The position numbers were made by a program, and so were the translations under genes. A stretch of DNA of 64,000 bases from Oopsacas minuta. Taxonomy: Eukaryota; Animalia; Porifera. Of the stretch, positions 1 through 11,200 are shown in pieces. Each line of letters opens with the position of its first letter. Within the stretch, counting starts at the first letter, position 1. The stretch lies in contig JAKMXF010000365.1 in NCBI GenBank assembly GCA_024704765.1, forward strand, positions 806,001-870,000. Direction: 5' to 3'. The notes beneath the pieces are model-generated. The model was not told where the DNA came from, did no database searches, and worked only from the letters and a program-made list of their open reading frames with translations.

Positions 1-84
1 CACATTTGTATTATCTCTTATTTCGATATATCTGTATTCGATATAACTGGTGTTTACCTGTATTTACTACTTATTTATTCATAG

Positions 85-537
85 ATAATGACTCCACATA
101 AACCAGAAGATGAGTCTGAAAAAGCTAGGATCGAGAAGGCAGGGGGAGTAGTAGTGTATCTAGGGGCTTGGAGGGTTAATGGAGTTCTTTCAGTAGCTCG
201 TGCTATCGGAGATATACAACAAAAGCCGAGCATAACCGCTGAACCTGACATTAACACGATTGATTTAAACGGAGAAGAGGATTATCTTGTAATGGCTTGT
301 GATGGGCTATGGGATGCTATTGATCCTGACAAAATCCCTACTTTAATTGACGAGCATTTCAAGAACGGAGGCTTACAGGAGGCTACTGCGGAATTTCTTG
401 TAAAAAAGGCTCTCAAACACGGCTCTATGGATAACATTACTATTATTGTGTTATTTTTCCCAACCTACAAACCTCCCAAGAAACAATTGTCACAGCCAAA
501 TAAGGAAATGAGCCTTGCAGATTATTTCAATAAGTAG
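85..537 (+). CDS. PPM1E/F: Last coding exon of a PP2C-family Mg/Mn-dependent protein phosphatase, PPM1E/PPM1F-like (5' part lies outside the window)
   Basis: Exon follows a polypyrimidine tract and AG at 83-84. Translation has the PP2C motifs HKPEDESEKARIEKAGG, GAWRVNGVLSVARAIGD, DYLVMACDGLWD and GSMDNITIIVLF; the GAWRVNG segment is characteristic of PPM1E/F. Confidence 0.9.
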   Translation: MMTPHKPEDESEKARIEKAGGVVVYLGAWRVNGVLSVARAIGDIQQKPSITAEPDINTIDLNGEEDYLVMACDGLWDAIDPDKIPTLIDEHFKNGGLQEATAEFLVKKALKHGSMDNITIIVLFFPTYKPPKKQLSQPNKEMSLADYFNK

Positions 538-1208
538 TATATTTTCCTATTTATTGTACTGTAGATATCATTAATTTCTGTTTGTATTATAGTCTACAGC
601 TGTGATTTTGCGATTATTGTAGTATGCTAGTTTTTTATTCTCTCGATTATACTTTGATCATTGATTATATTAATGGTATATCCTATATATGCTAATTGGA
701 GAGATTGTTGTTTTGCTGAATTTTTAGGATTAATTATTTAATTTAAAGTAATTGTTATTATTTGTTAGTTAACAAACGTAGGAACCTTTCAAGACCTCGA
801 TTGGGTATCGAGTATAGGGATTGAGATTCTTACAAATTTGTGTCTCTTTGTAAAATGCGATTAGAATCTGATTAGCGATTGCTAGTAAATGTGCTTCTAA
901 AAGATGTACAATCGCCAGGACTTGGATGATTTTCTAAATTACGAATCATCTTAGATAAATTTTGTTAATCATTTCATCATAATATATATTTTAATATATT
1001 TTCCTTTATCTGCAAATCAGTCCTATTATCATCACTAAAATTGATATTTAAATATTGAATTATAGTTTGCTATTGGAAAGAGACAGATATGAAAAATCCT
1101 GTGTCATACATATCTTAAATTATGATATAATGAAACTCTCGTTAATATAACATATATATACTCTATTTACGCATTATCAGTTCTGCTCAATGCTTTGGAA
1201 AAATACAA

Positions 1209-1272
1209 TTATTACTACTAACCCTATTACTATTACTATTACTATTACTATTACTATTACTATTATTACTAT
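1209..1272 (+). repeat. (ATTACT)n microsatellite
   Basis: About 8-10 tandem, partly imperfect ATTACT units read directly; they explain the ITITIT ORF at 1190-1384. Confidence 0.85.
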
Positions 1273-1523
1273 ACTTGATTACTTTACTAGAAATGAAAAG
1301 GAAATTGACGGCCAAATAAATATGGTTTATTTATCAAATCATAGCTATTTCAAAAATTACTTACAATGCATTACAACACACTGAATTACAAAGCAATGAT
1401 TTTTCCAAACTTGAGATAGCGCCGGATTCATTCTCTTTCTAAGCGAAATACACACAAATCATTATTTACAGGGACAGATAAATACTTGTATAGAATGAAT
1501 GGAATCTACATAGTTTTCAAATA

Positions 1524-2648
1524 ATGTTTGTATCGTGGATTATAACGTCAATTTCAGTTGGCTTAGCATATATTGTCTTCCTAGTTGCATTCATATTCTG
1601 GTTTCTGTATCTGCTACATGACGTCATCAAGAGGAGAACTTGTTACAAATCTGCCTTGAGAAGTATCCAAGAATATACTGATCAGTATCAACAACAAGTT
1701 GTGTACCGAGCACAAACAGAATATGTTAAGAGTATATTCTTATCATCTATTAATATTGTGGAATGGATAGCTATAACATCAGGTGGAGCTGCAATGATAT
1801 ATTATTGCTTGAAAAATGAATTTATTTGTAGCAGAAAATTCGATGAATCAGTAAATTCTAGTAATCCATTGGACCATTTCACTAATGTCAGTGATTGTTT
1901 TAAAATTTTGTCCATTACTGATATACTGAATTCCCACATTTTCTCAGAACTACTCCTTACGGGATATAATTTCTTTCTATTGAGTATAACGTTAGTTGGA
2001 TGTCTTTCCAATTACCTCACAGCAAGATATGCAAGAAAGAGTTGGATCACAAATAGCAAGGTTCCCTATTTCATTGCACTCGCTTTTGTATTTATGTTGA
2101 TAACTCAAATCTCAACTCTATTTTGCTCCTTAACCTTGATTATAAGATGTGTACACTGTGTAGTATCGGTGGTAGCGTTAGTATTCGCAATACAACAGTC
2201 TTGGAGACTTAGGATGGTAATTAATTGGACAGTTGTTGATCTAGAGATCAGTCAGAATAATAAGAGGTCGCTGATTAAATTCAAAAAAATGAGTAAACGG
2301 TTGAGCAATCTATTCTATCTTCTATGGATAGGTTGTTTCTTGGCTCTGATAACAGTATTTATGGAGAATATAAAGCTTGTTATTGAATTAATTCTACAAT
2401 TTATCTCTGAGGATAATCATGATTATTCTCTCTGTACTTTACATAACCAATATCTATCAACTTCTATTGCAGCAATATTCGATGTGTTCAATGGTATATT
2501 ATCTATAACAGGAATACTTCTCATTTATTTCCCTTATATTTTGAGCGGATATATTAGAATGTCAGTTATAATATGGCTTCGTATCAGAGGTAGAACTGGT
2601 TACAGGACACATTTCCCTAACCCTCTCAGGAAACCTCTTATATCATAG
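1524..2648 (+). CDS. Intronless orphan multi-pass membrane protein (about 7 hydrophobic segments), 374 aa
   Basis: Uninterrupted 1125-nt ORF with about seven ~20-25 aa hydrophobic stretches. No DRY/NPxxY or other family motif recognised. Confidence 0.75.
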   Translation: MFVSWIITSISVGLAYIVFLVAFIFWFLYLLHDVIKRRTCYKSALRSIQEYTDQYQQQVVYRAQTEYVKSIFLSSINIVEWIAITSGGAAMIYYCLKNEFICSRKFDESVNSSNPLDHFTNVSDCFKILSITDILNSHIFSELLLTGYNFFLLSITLVGCLSNYLTARYARKSWITNSKVPYFIALAFVFMLITQISTLFCSLTLIIRCVHCVVSVVALVFAIQQSWRLRMVINWTVVDLEISQNNKRSLIKFKKMSKRLSNLFYLLWIGCFLALITVFMENIKLVIELILQFISEDNHDYSLCTLHNQYLSTSIAAIFDVFNGILSITGILLIYFPYILSGYIRMSVIIWLRIRGRTGYRTHFPNPLRKPLIS

Positions 2649-3312
2649 ACTTCTTACATTCCATTTATGAAACGTAGTATCTGTATCTGTTATTGTAACT
2701 GTAATGGTTGAAAGTATCTTTCTTACTATTTGGTATTTGGGAATAAATTTGTCTATTTGAAAGGTGTATATTTTATAATTAAAGGACTTTTCTAGCCAGC
2801 AACCTAAGTTGTTACATACAACTCCCCCATAGCCATAGGATGCTGGCTAGTAACCCCATATAATGAACTTTACTTATTTGTTATAAGACTTGTAATCAAA
2901 TGAGTTTTTTCCAAATCCAAATTGAATACCGATATCACATCTAATCCATGTACAATCCATGTAATCCAAACACATTATGGATCTGATGGATTCCTCCAAG
3001 CTGCTGGTCTGCATAAAAGGAAATAAAAAACTAATGCTAATGTGTCTACTCGTGAACTACTTAGTTCAAGGTCCGTCATATAATGTCAATACGTATATAT
3101 ATTTCCCGATAAAAAACAACCTTTCGCCCCGTTATACATTCTTCATTCATGTTTACACGTATATATCTTCTTTCAATTATAGGCTGTGAGACCAGCTAAT
3201 GGCTTGGAACTAGTGTACTCTGAATCATCTCTACTATTTGTATGTATTCTATGACAATAATATGATATTATATATGATGTATTGTGTATAGCTGCAATTT
3301 TGAAACGCTCTT

Positions 3313-4566
3313 ATGATTCAGAGTATATTTCTGATAAGTCCGTTAGGAGATGTATTCCTAGAACGTCACTGGAGGAAGATCCTATCTCGTAACGTCCTTG
3401 ACATATTTTATGAGGCTCAATCAAAAGCTACATCTCCTGATGATATATCTCCTGTCCTGTCTGGTGGTTCATTCTATATTATACACATCTACAAACATAG
3501 TATATACTTTGTAGCTGTTATACAAGGAGAAATACCTCCTCTATTCGTTATAGAATTCTTACACAGAATGACTAGCATATTCACAGAATATCTACACGAG
3601 TGTACTGAACAGAAGATTAGAGACAAAATAGTATTGATATACGAGATTCTTGAGGAAATGATGGATAACGGATTTCCATTGGCAACTGAGCCTAATCTAC
3701 TGAAGGAACTCATTCAGCCTACCAACATTGTGAGTGACGTAATCCATAATATAACTGGTAAGGACACAATGGCTTCTCGTCTTCCCGCTTCTCAAATCTC
3801 CAACATGCCATGGAGACGTTCTGGCGTAAAGTACGTGAATAATGAATTCTATATGGACATAACAGAGGAGATTGATTGTATAATCGATAAGACTGGAGCA
3901 GTAATTTCCTGTGACATCATCGGATATGTAGACTGTGTGTGTAAGCTCTCAGGAATGCCTGACCTTACTCTTACATTCATGAACCCAAGAATTATAGATG
4001 ACGTCAGCTTCCATCCATGTGCACGTCTCAGACGCTGGGAATCAGAAAGACTTATTTCGTTTGTTCCTCCAGACGGTTCATTCCGTCTCATGACGTTTCA
4101 AGCTAGTGCACAGAGTTGTACCACTCTCTGTCTTCCTATTTACGTGACACCTGTATTCACCCTCAAAGAAGCTAGTGGTCGTATGGAAATACGTGTTGGT
4201 ACCAAGAATACTCTAGGAAAGAATTTGGATGATGTAGAAATAATCTGTCCTATGCCTAAAGAAGTAGTTAACGTTTCACTAGTGTCTACAGTTGGTATGT
4301 TTACATTTGATCCTGTTACTAAGGTGATACGTTGGAAAATAGGTAAGCTGATGTCAGGGAAGATAGCTAACCTAGCTGGATCTGTAAGTATTCAGCCAGG
4401 AACATCTGTCAGAGCTCGTCCTGAAGTGAGTGTACATTTCAGCTTACCTCTACATGCTGCATCAGGACTGAAGGTTAACAGACTTGAAATGTACACTGAG
4501 GACTTCAAACCGTACAAAGGTGTAAAGTATATTACAAAATCAGGAACTTTCCAAGTCCGATCCTAA
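3313..4566 (+). CDS. AP3M1: AP-3 complex subunit mu, single exon, 417 aa
   Basis: MIQSIFLIS..GDVFLERHW N-terminus, EEMMDNGFPLATEPNLLKELI, PWRRSGVKYVNNEFYMD, VSFHPC..RRWESERLISFVPPDG and C-terminal ASGLKVNRLEMY..KPYKGVKYITKSGTFQVR. Confidence 0.96.
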   Translation: MIQSIFLISPLGDVFLERHWRKILSRNVLDIFYEAQSKATSPDDISPVLSGGSFYIIHIYKHSIYFVAVIQGEIPPLFVIEFLHRMTSIFTEYLHECTEQKIRDKIVLIYEILEEMMDNGFPLATEPNLLKELIQPTNIVSDVIHNITGKDTMASRLPASQISNMPWRRSGVKYVNNEFYMDITEEIDCIIDKTGAVISCDIIGYVDCVCKLSGMPDLTLTFMNPRIIDDVSFHPCARLRRWESERLISFVPPDGSFRLMTFQASAQSCTTLCLPIYVTPVFTLKEASGRMEIRVGTKNTLGKNLDDVEIICPMPKEVVNVSLVSTVGMFTFDPVTKVIRWKIGKLMSGKIANLAGSVSIQPGTSVRARPEVSVHFSLPLHAASGLKVNRLEMYTEDFKPYKGVKYITKSGTFQVRS

Positions 4567-4900
4567 TCTCCACTTCTACCAAATAGGCCTATAATATATC
4601 TATATATGGAGTTACTGTTGTTTGTGTAATTCGTATAATTGAATCTAAATCTATAGAGCAATAATTGAACTATTATGTGATATAAACTATAATGAATGAT
4701 ATGTACCTATTTATTGGAGGCATAGCACACTTCTCAACTGCCCCGATTTTGGCGGGATGTTCCGCCTTTTCGAACAAGGCTATACAAAGTAACCATTGGC
4801 ATATGTACTATACTCCTCATCCTAAATATATATTAACCAAAGTTAACCAATTGGAATGTACTTCTTTAATGTGTAATTTAATGGGTAACCTGTATATAGT

Positions 4901-5714
4901 ATGATAGAGGCAATATACAGAACACAGGGTAATGACTCAGATAATCTGGATAGAGAGAGATTAGAAGAGGTGGAAGAAGTGAGTGGACTTCCTGATGCTC
5001 TATCGACAGGAGGTAACAGCAATGAAGTTGTCAGTAGAGTCAGGAAGAAGCAACAGGAGAAACATGAACGAGCTAGAGAAGAATTCAGAGATAAACTCTC
5101 TGAGCTGAGTACCGAATACGAAAAGAAGATAGCAGAAGCTTCCTATAGTCTTAAGGAGCATATGGATGACATCACAGAACATATTAATGAGGTTATTATT
5201 AGATTACTATCTTACGGTATTTATTGTATTTGATATAACTAATTTTGTAGCTCACTGAACCACTGTCAGACAGAGAAACACTCCTCTTACAGAGTTATTC
5301 ACAGCTAGAGAGTGTGTGGAGTCAAACTCTAACATTCAGCATTCTACATCAGTCTAGTATTGATACGTTTAGTGATACTCTGTCAGAGATGGAGCGGAAG
5401 AAGAGCTCTGCTCTGAATGTAACATTCTCTCAGTTCTCAGAGAGATTCACTCGTGTAGGATATCTCACATCTCCTCAATGTGTATCTCTATTGGAAGAAG
5501 AGGCATGGAAAATGAACTACACCCTTATAGAGAATCAAAGGAGCTGTAACCAACTACTGTTTCGACTCAGAGCATCCTACATAGGTTATACAATAGATTA
5601 CATTAATACTGTGTATTATTCAGGTGCCCAGCGATTATTTGGAGGAGAATCAGAAGATTATTATTATTTAGCACCCTGGGGTACAAATTAATCACATGCT
5701 ACATACCACTATTC

Positions 5715-5749
<35 letters not shown>

Positions 5750-8700
5750 CAGTCAACTCTCGTTGAATTGAAGCTCAAGCGATTACATCGATATTAACGG
5801 AGTTCGATATAACCATTTTTAACCTGAAATTTATATTACTTTGACGGTTTGCGACCATATTTGTATAATTTCAAACTTCGATATTAGCGGGTATTCCGGT
5901 ATTCCCATGTTCGATATAACGGTAGTTGACTGTATTTATTTCTATAATATTCTTTCTTAGCCCATGAGAAGAAGTATCGGGAGAACTGGCTATCCCTGGT
6001 TGAGCTATGGAGAGAACTCAGAATTGAGAAAGCAGTGAGAGAGTTTACCATCTTCATGTCAGAACCAGCTGTACAACACCCACCTCAATTCACCAATCTC
6101 CTCCGGGAGTTGTCTAAAGAACAGAGTATCATAAACACTAAAAGAATAGACTTAATATTCACAATATCTGACTTAACACCTCCTATAGTATGTAGTAAAT
6201 CAGTTCAAGATTGGGAGAAGATGATTAAAGATAAGCACGATAAGCTGGAATCCCTCAATACTCGTTATCTTGTAATGCTTAATGACTGCCTATCTCGTGT
6301 ACATGAGTACTGCTTGGAAGAGGCTGGAGCTGTTAAGAACAGGCTAGTCAGTAATAAGGTCAGTACTGATAATAATAATAACAAAATGAATATTTATGAA
6401 TAGTAACTTTTCAAAAGGTTAATTAAGTGACATTTTCAGCTGTTAACATTGCTTAAATTGTATAACTTCCTGTTTCTGGAATTTTACAAACCTTGATTAT
6501 ATCATTTTGCTCATCTTACTCTACGTATACATAGGTATGTGCGGAAGATTATGTCTTTCAAGTAATGAACGACAGACTACTCCCACCAGTAGAGGATCTA
6601 CAGGCTTGTACTGAAGAGATGCTACACTCTATTGAGCAGTCATTAGACTCTCTTCTCATCGCGCAGCGTAATCAATTGGGTGATATTGCTGACTATGTAG
6701 GAGATGGAATGTGTTTATGGCAACAACATGAAAATGGATTGAATAACAAAGAAAGACAGATACAGGAAGAATTAGACGTCACACGAACTGAACACGATAC
6801 CAAGACTCAAAAGTTGGAATCTTCTCTTGATTTATGGCTAGATAAGCTGAGGCAAGCTGCTTGCAAAACTGACTTACAATACCAGTTTGATCAGGTTGTA
6901 AATTTATAGCATTATATTACAATCTGCATCAGATTATCTGAATATATTATAGGCTAAGAAGTATCTGGGGATAATATCTGAAGGATATACTGAGTTCCAA
7001 CAACAAATGAGTTCTATCATAGAAGACTATCCTCAACAGATAGTAGCACTTGTAAGTATTAGGAGATATAGCTCTGCCGTGCGTACATACAGTCGCATTT
7101 GTCGATAACCGTGATATTATGTTCACTATTCAGAAGTGTTCATTGTATCATCGTAGGAATTTTTAGGCATTTACAGTCACATTTTCACTTTTCAACACCT
7201 CCAGTTAGAATTCTCATTTTTGCTGTTACAACATTTACTGATTATACAATGTAACTAAATTTACATCTTCTAACAGTTATCTTTATATGAGGAGTCTGTA
7301 ATGAAAGGCCTATCTATCACAAAGATGCTTCCTAGAGCACCTCGTAAGATAAAACCAGAATGTCTTATTCCTAGCGGTAGGATTACCAGAGCATCATCTA
7401 GTGGGAGTATAATAGTAAAGCCGCCTTTGATTATACATGAACCAATCAAAACTGATGGAGGTATTACGTATTACTGGATGCTTCGTTCTGATACAACTGC
7501 TGAGTCTAGTGAGCATGTCTTCATTACACAGGTGCGTTAGTTTACAATATTTCTGGAAATATTTATAATATATAATTTCACCTGTTAGGCTACGAGCAGG
7601 TATAACATGCTTCTAGATTTAGCTGTAGAGAGTGTCAAGCTCCCTGACAATATGATATTCAAATTTAAGAAGAGTTTAGTTCATTCTTATCTGAACCATC
7701 TAGAGACTTGGAAGAAGGAGGGTGTGGAGAGAGCTAAAGGCGTAGTGAGTGCTAAGAACGAAGAATTGTCCTCAGAACTTGAGTTAAGATTACATTTACA
7801 TGAACCTAGAGAAAATAATATTAACCAGGACATACGTATAGCTAGAGAGGATGAACTGAAAGATCATGAAGGTGATTTTGAGGAACAAGCAAACCTAATT
7901 AACACTGCACTGGACAAACAGAAGAGTATACTAACTAGTGAATTAATTCCAACTATTGAGAAGATGACAACAGGATTCCGTGAAAAGTTGAAAGATATAG
8001 AATGTCATATAAGCGGTTTGAATAGACACACACAATTACAAGATGTTATAGAGGTTGCTGCTGCAGCTAAATCAGTTCATATCCGTGCTCTAAAGAATTT
8101 AATTAAGAAATTCAGAGTTAGTGTAGATGATACATTATACTGTGTTAAGGAATCTAGTGTTATTTATAGCCAGGAGCTGCTAACAGTCTCAGAAGGGAAG
8201 AACTTTGCTCCTGAAGAGATTGAGAACTTTACTCGTAGGCTTGACTCTGTTATGAAGAATGTTGATGTATTTGAGACTTCTATCAAGGCTGATATCGATA
8301 CTCTACAGAGTCATAACTACCAAGTGGCTTTAGACATATTCGGGAAATTGTCTGAAAAATTTGATCACAATCTTGTTGATATAAATTTCATGGAAAGAAT
8401 CACCGCAAAGTTCAATGAAATACAACTACAGATCCGTATAGAAATAGCTGCCAGCAATTCTCAAGCTGAGGACATACAACACCACGTACTGCTACTCACA
8501 GAATTAGTGAATTCTCTACAACAAAAGTATGAAGAAATAGAATCTCCAGATTATGAGTTGATTAGGTGTGCTACTGATGAGCTATACAAGAAAACACAGA
8601 CACGAATAGACTACCTATTCTGCTACTGTTCTCCTTCTGATAAGAACCAAGCTTCTACTTTTATCAAATTCCAGAAGGTTACTTCTGATGTGATTTCAGC

Positions 8701-9958
8701 TATGGGAGTTACTCGCTCAATTGTACAGGCACCCACTAGGAGGGACACAATAACGCCATCTACGGATCAATCGGCTACCCCTTCACTTGCTGTCATAGAC
8801 ATGGAGAGAGCTCCATCTTCTAACAGGAGTATTCCTAGATCTAGAACACATACGCCAACTCTTACTGGAGAAAAATCATACATGAGTCAGAGGAGAAAGG
8901 GATTGAGTAGATATCAGCTGTTGAAGAACCCTAGTTTTGGTATGGAGGGTGGTAATGATACAAACAATCCTACATCTTTACTACCTAAGATTAGGAAACT
9001 TCTCTATTCAAAGAATGATGAATTTTTTCAAATGAGTGATAGTTTCTACAGATCTCGTAGCTCCAAGTCAATTCTACGCATAGATTCTTTACCTGAAACC
9101 TCAGAGATGTGTATGCTTAATGTTAACAAGAGACTACACTCGTATCGCACTCAGATAGAAGAATATCGTATACAGTGTATACAAGAGCTGAGAGGACAAC
9201 TGGAGAAGTTGTATGCAACTATGTCTAACATGCCTCTTGCTGTTTTTACTGGTATTCTGTATCAAATTACTTTAGTATTACATTCTGAGAAGAAAGAGGT
9301 TGTCAAAACCTTCTCTGAAAAGTTTACAAACTTTGAGGAGATAAAGAAAATGAATCGAGCTCAACTGAGACCAAATCTAGGACATATTGCTAACAGAGAT
9401 ATTCTTGATAAATTATGTCAATGTGAAATAGGCAGACACAATTCCGTTATTCAGGCTTTCGAGAAATGTAACAATACAAAAATGGAGCAGCTGACTCTAA
9501 GTGGAGAAAGTTTTACTTCTCAGCTTGAGGATAGAGTAACCTTTCTGAGTGATTTATTTCAGAAAGTAACTCTTCCAAGTACCATAATTAAACTAGCTGA
9601 TAAACATGACAAACAAATAATATCTTCTGTAAAGCGTCTAAATCCTTTACCAGAGAATGAGCTTGATTCAGAACCAAACTCACAGATGTATATAGATATT
9701 CCTAAGCGATGGTTTAATAAGGAAGTAGAATATCTAGAGAAGTTATCTCTCATTCCCTCCCTTCCTGTTCCAAACATTTCTGATTTATACTCCATTCTAT
9801 TCGAGAGCAGAGACTCTATCTTCATGGCATTCTTTAAAGATTTTGTCTCTGAGCTTAGAGAGAACACTGATGATAATGTTACAAGAATAACTCGGGAGAA
9901 TGTTGCTTTTGAAGTTTGGGAAAAATCTGTAACGGATATCAAATCTTTATTCATGTAG
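4901..9958 (+). CDS. CCDC180: Coiled-coil domain-containing protein 180-like (CFAP76-like), multi-exon; approximate exons 4901-5216, 5251-5582, 5961-6360, 6535-6894, 6953-7051, 7277-7530, 7589-9958
   Basis: Chain of in-frame helical/coiled-coil ORFs joined by GT-AG introns. ELRLHLHEPR and LRPNLGH motifs and the overall size resemble CCDC180. Start codon uncertain; an AG lies immediately upstream of the ATG. Confidence 0.72.
5719..5747. repeat. (TA)n microsatellite abutting a MITE
   Basis: Run of TA dinucleotides read directly in a CCDC180 intron. Confidence 0.9.
5750..5932. mobile_element. pogo/Tigger-type (CAGT-ended) MITE in a CCDC180 intron
   Basis: Imperfect TIRs cagtcaactctcgtt / aacggtagttgactg flanked by TA on both sides. 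Confidence 0.75.
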
Positions 9959-11200
9959 CACCCAACAGAGAACGAATAACTATCTTATCTATGTGTATTA
10001 TTATTCTAGTATTGCAACTCTTCACTCTTGTAACCATCAAGATCATATCTATTCCATACAAGGTAAGAATTGTAATTACAATAATTATTACATATTATGA
10101 CTGCAGTTACATGTTATCGTGTACCTTAATTATTAGATACTTTGACCAAACTATGTATTAATTGTATAGTAATATTACTCATGTACAGCTAAGGTTAAAA
10201 ATGATATACTGCCATCCTCTTGCTAGTTTGTCATTACGTTAATACAACACATATGTAATGCATTCCACAATATTCATTGTTCAGATACGTACCAAATTTA
10301 TGCATCATGTTACCTGGTACCTAATACGTTGATTTGTTAATTTAAAATTGTACATTAAATCATCACACCTGCAGGCTAGTTTACTGTGTATCAATAATTT
10401 CAATGATTATCGGTCCGAGATTACATACAGGCTTAACTCATACTAATCTCAGTTTAGCTAGCATGATGGACAATCATTTAAATAATATTGCAATTTGCGG
10501 ATAATCTTCTTCATTCCAAATTGTTCTCTTTGATTTTAACAGTCAGTAAAATAATATAAAACGTCAAAATTGCGAAATTAGCACATTTATGGGAAAATAT
10601 TGTACATTTCTAAGAACTTAACAATCAACATATTTTGTTTATTAACAATTTGAATGTGTAATATTTGCTTTTGTTATCAATAGATTCAATTACTGATAAT
10701 CAATCTGAAGATAATACATATTTCAGTATTGGCCGTCATAGCATACCGCATGTATGTAACAAATTAATTCTCAATAAATTATTATTATTATACTCCATTT
10801 ACACGCAGCAAGATGTTGTAGGCAAAATATATTCTAATAATTATGTTTCCCTATTTGTCTTCAAAGGACCTGTAACTGGAATATTGTGAATTTATTAAAG
10901 GAACGATTTTTTTACAACTTTTCTAACCAACATCCTATTTGGTGATAACAACGATGGGGTTGCTGATATCTTGTAATATTACATAGCAACTTAGCTGCTG
11001 GAAGATAGCTAGCAACCAAGTTTCTCGAAAATGACAATAATAATATTTATCCTTAATAAACCTCAACAAGTAAGAGCCTCATTCATATGTTATAGCTATA
11101 ACATGCAAAACAAATTATACGTATACTTGGATATTAAAGTTGGGTTTTCTAAGACACCGTAAGTAGTATTAATGGGTTAACATGGGATAGAATTTGACAA

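Noticed and set aside
1190-1384. 64-aa ORF with ITITITIT run
   Set aside because: It is the translation of an (ATTACT)n microsatellite; no other coding signal.
4745-4900. Possible RFX X-box (gtaaccattggc) and E2F-like site (tttggcggg) upstream of the ciliary gene CCDC180
   Set aside because: Matches are partial and short; not distinguishable from chance without conservation data.
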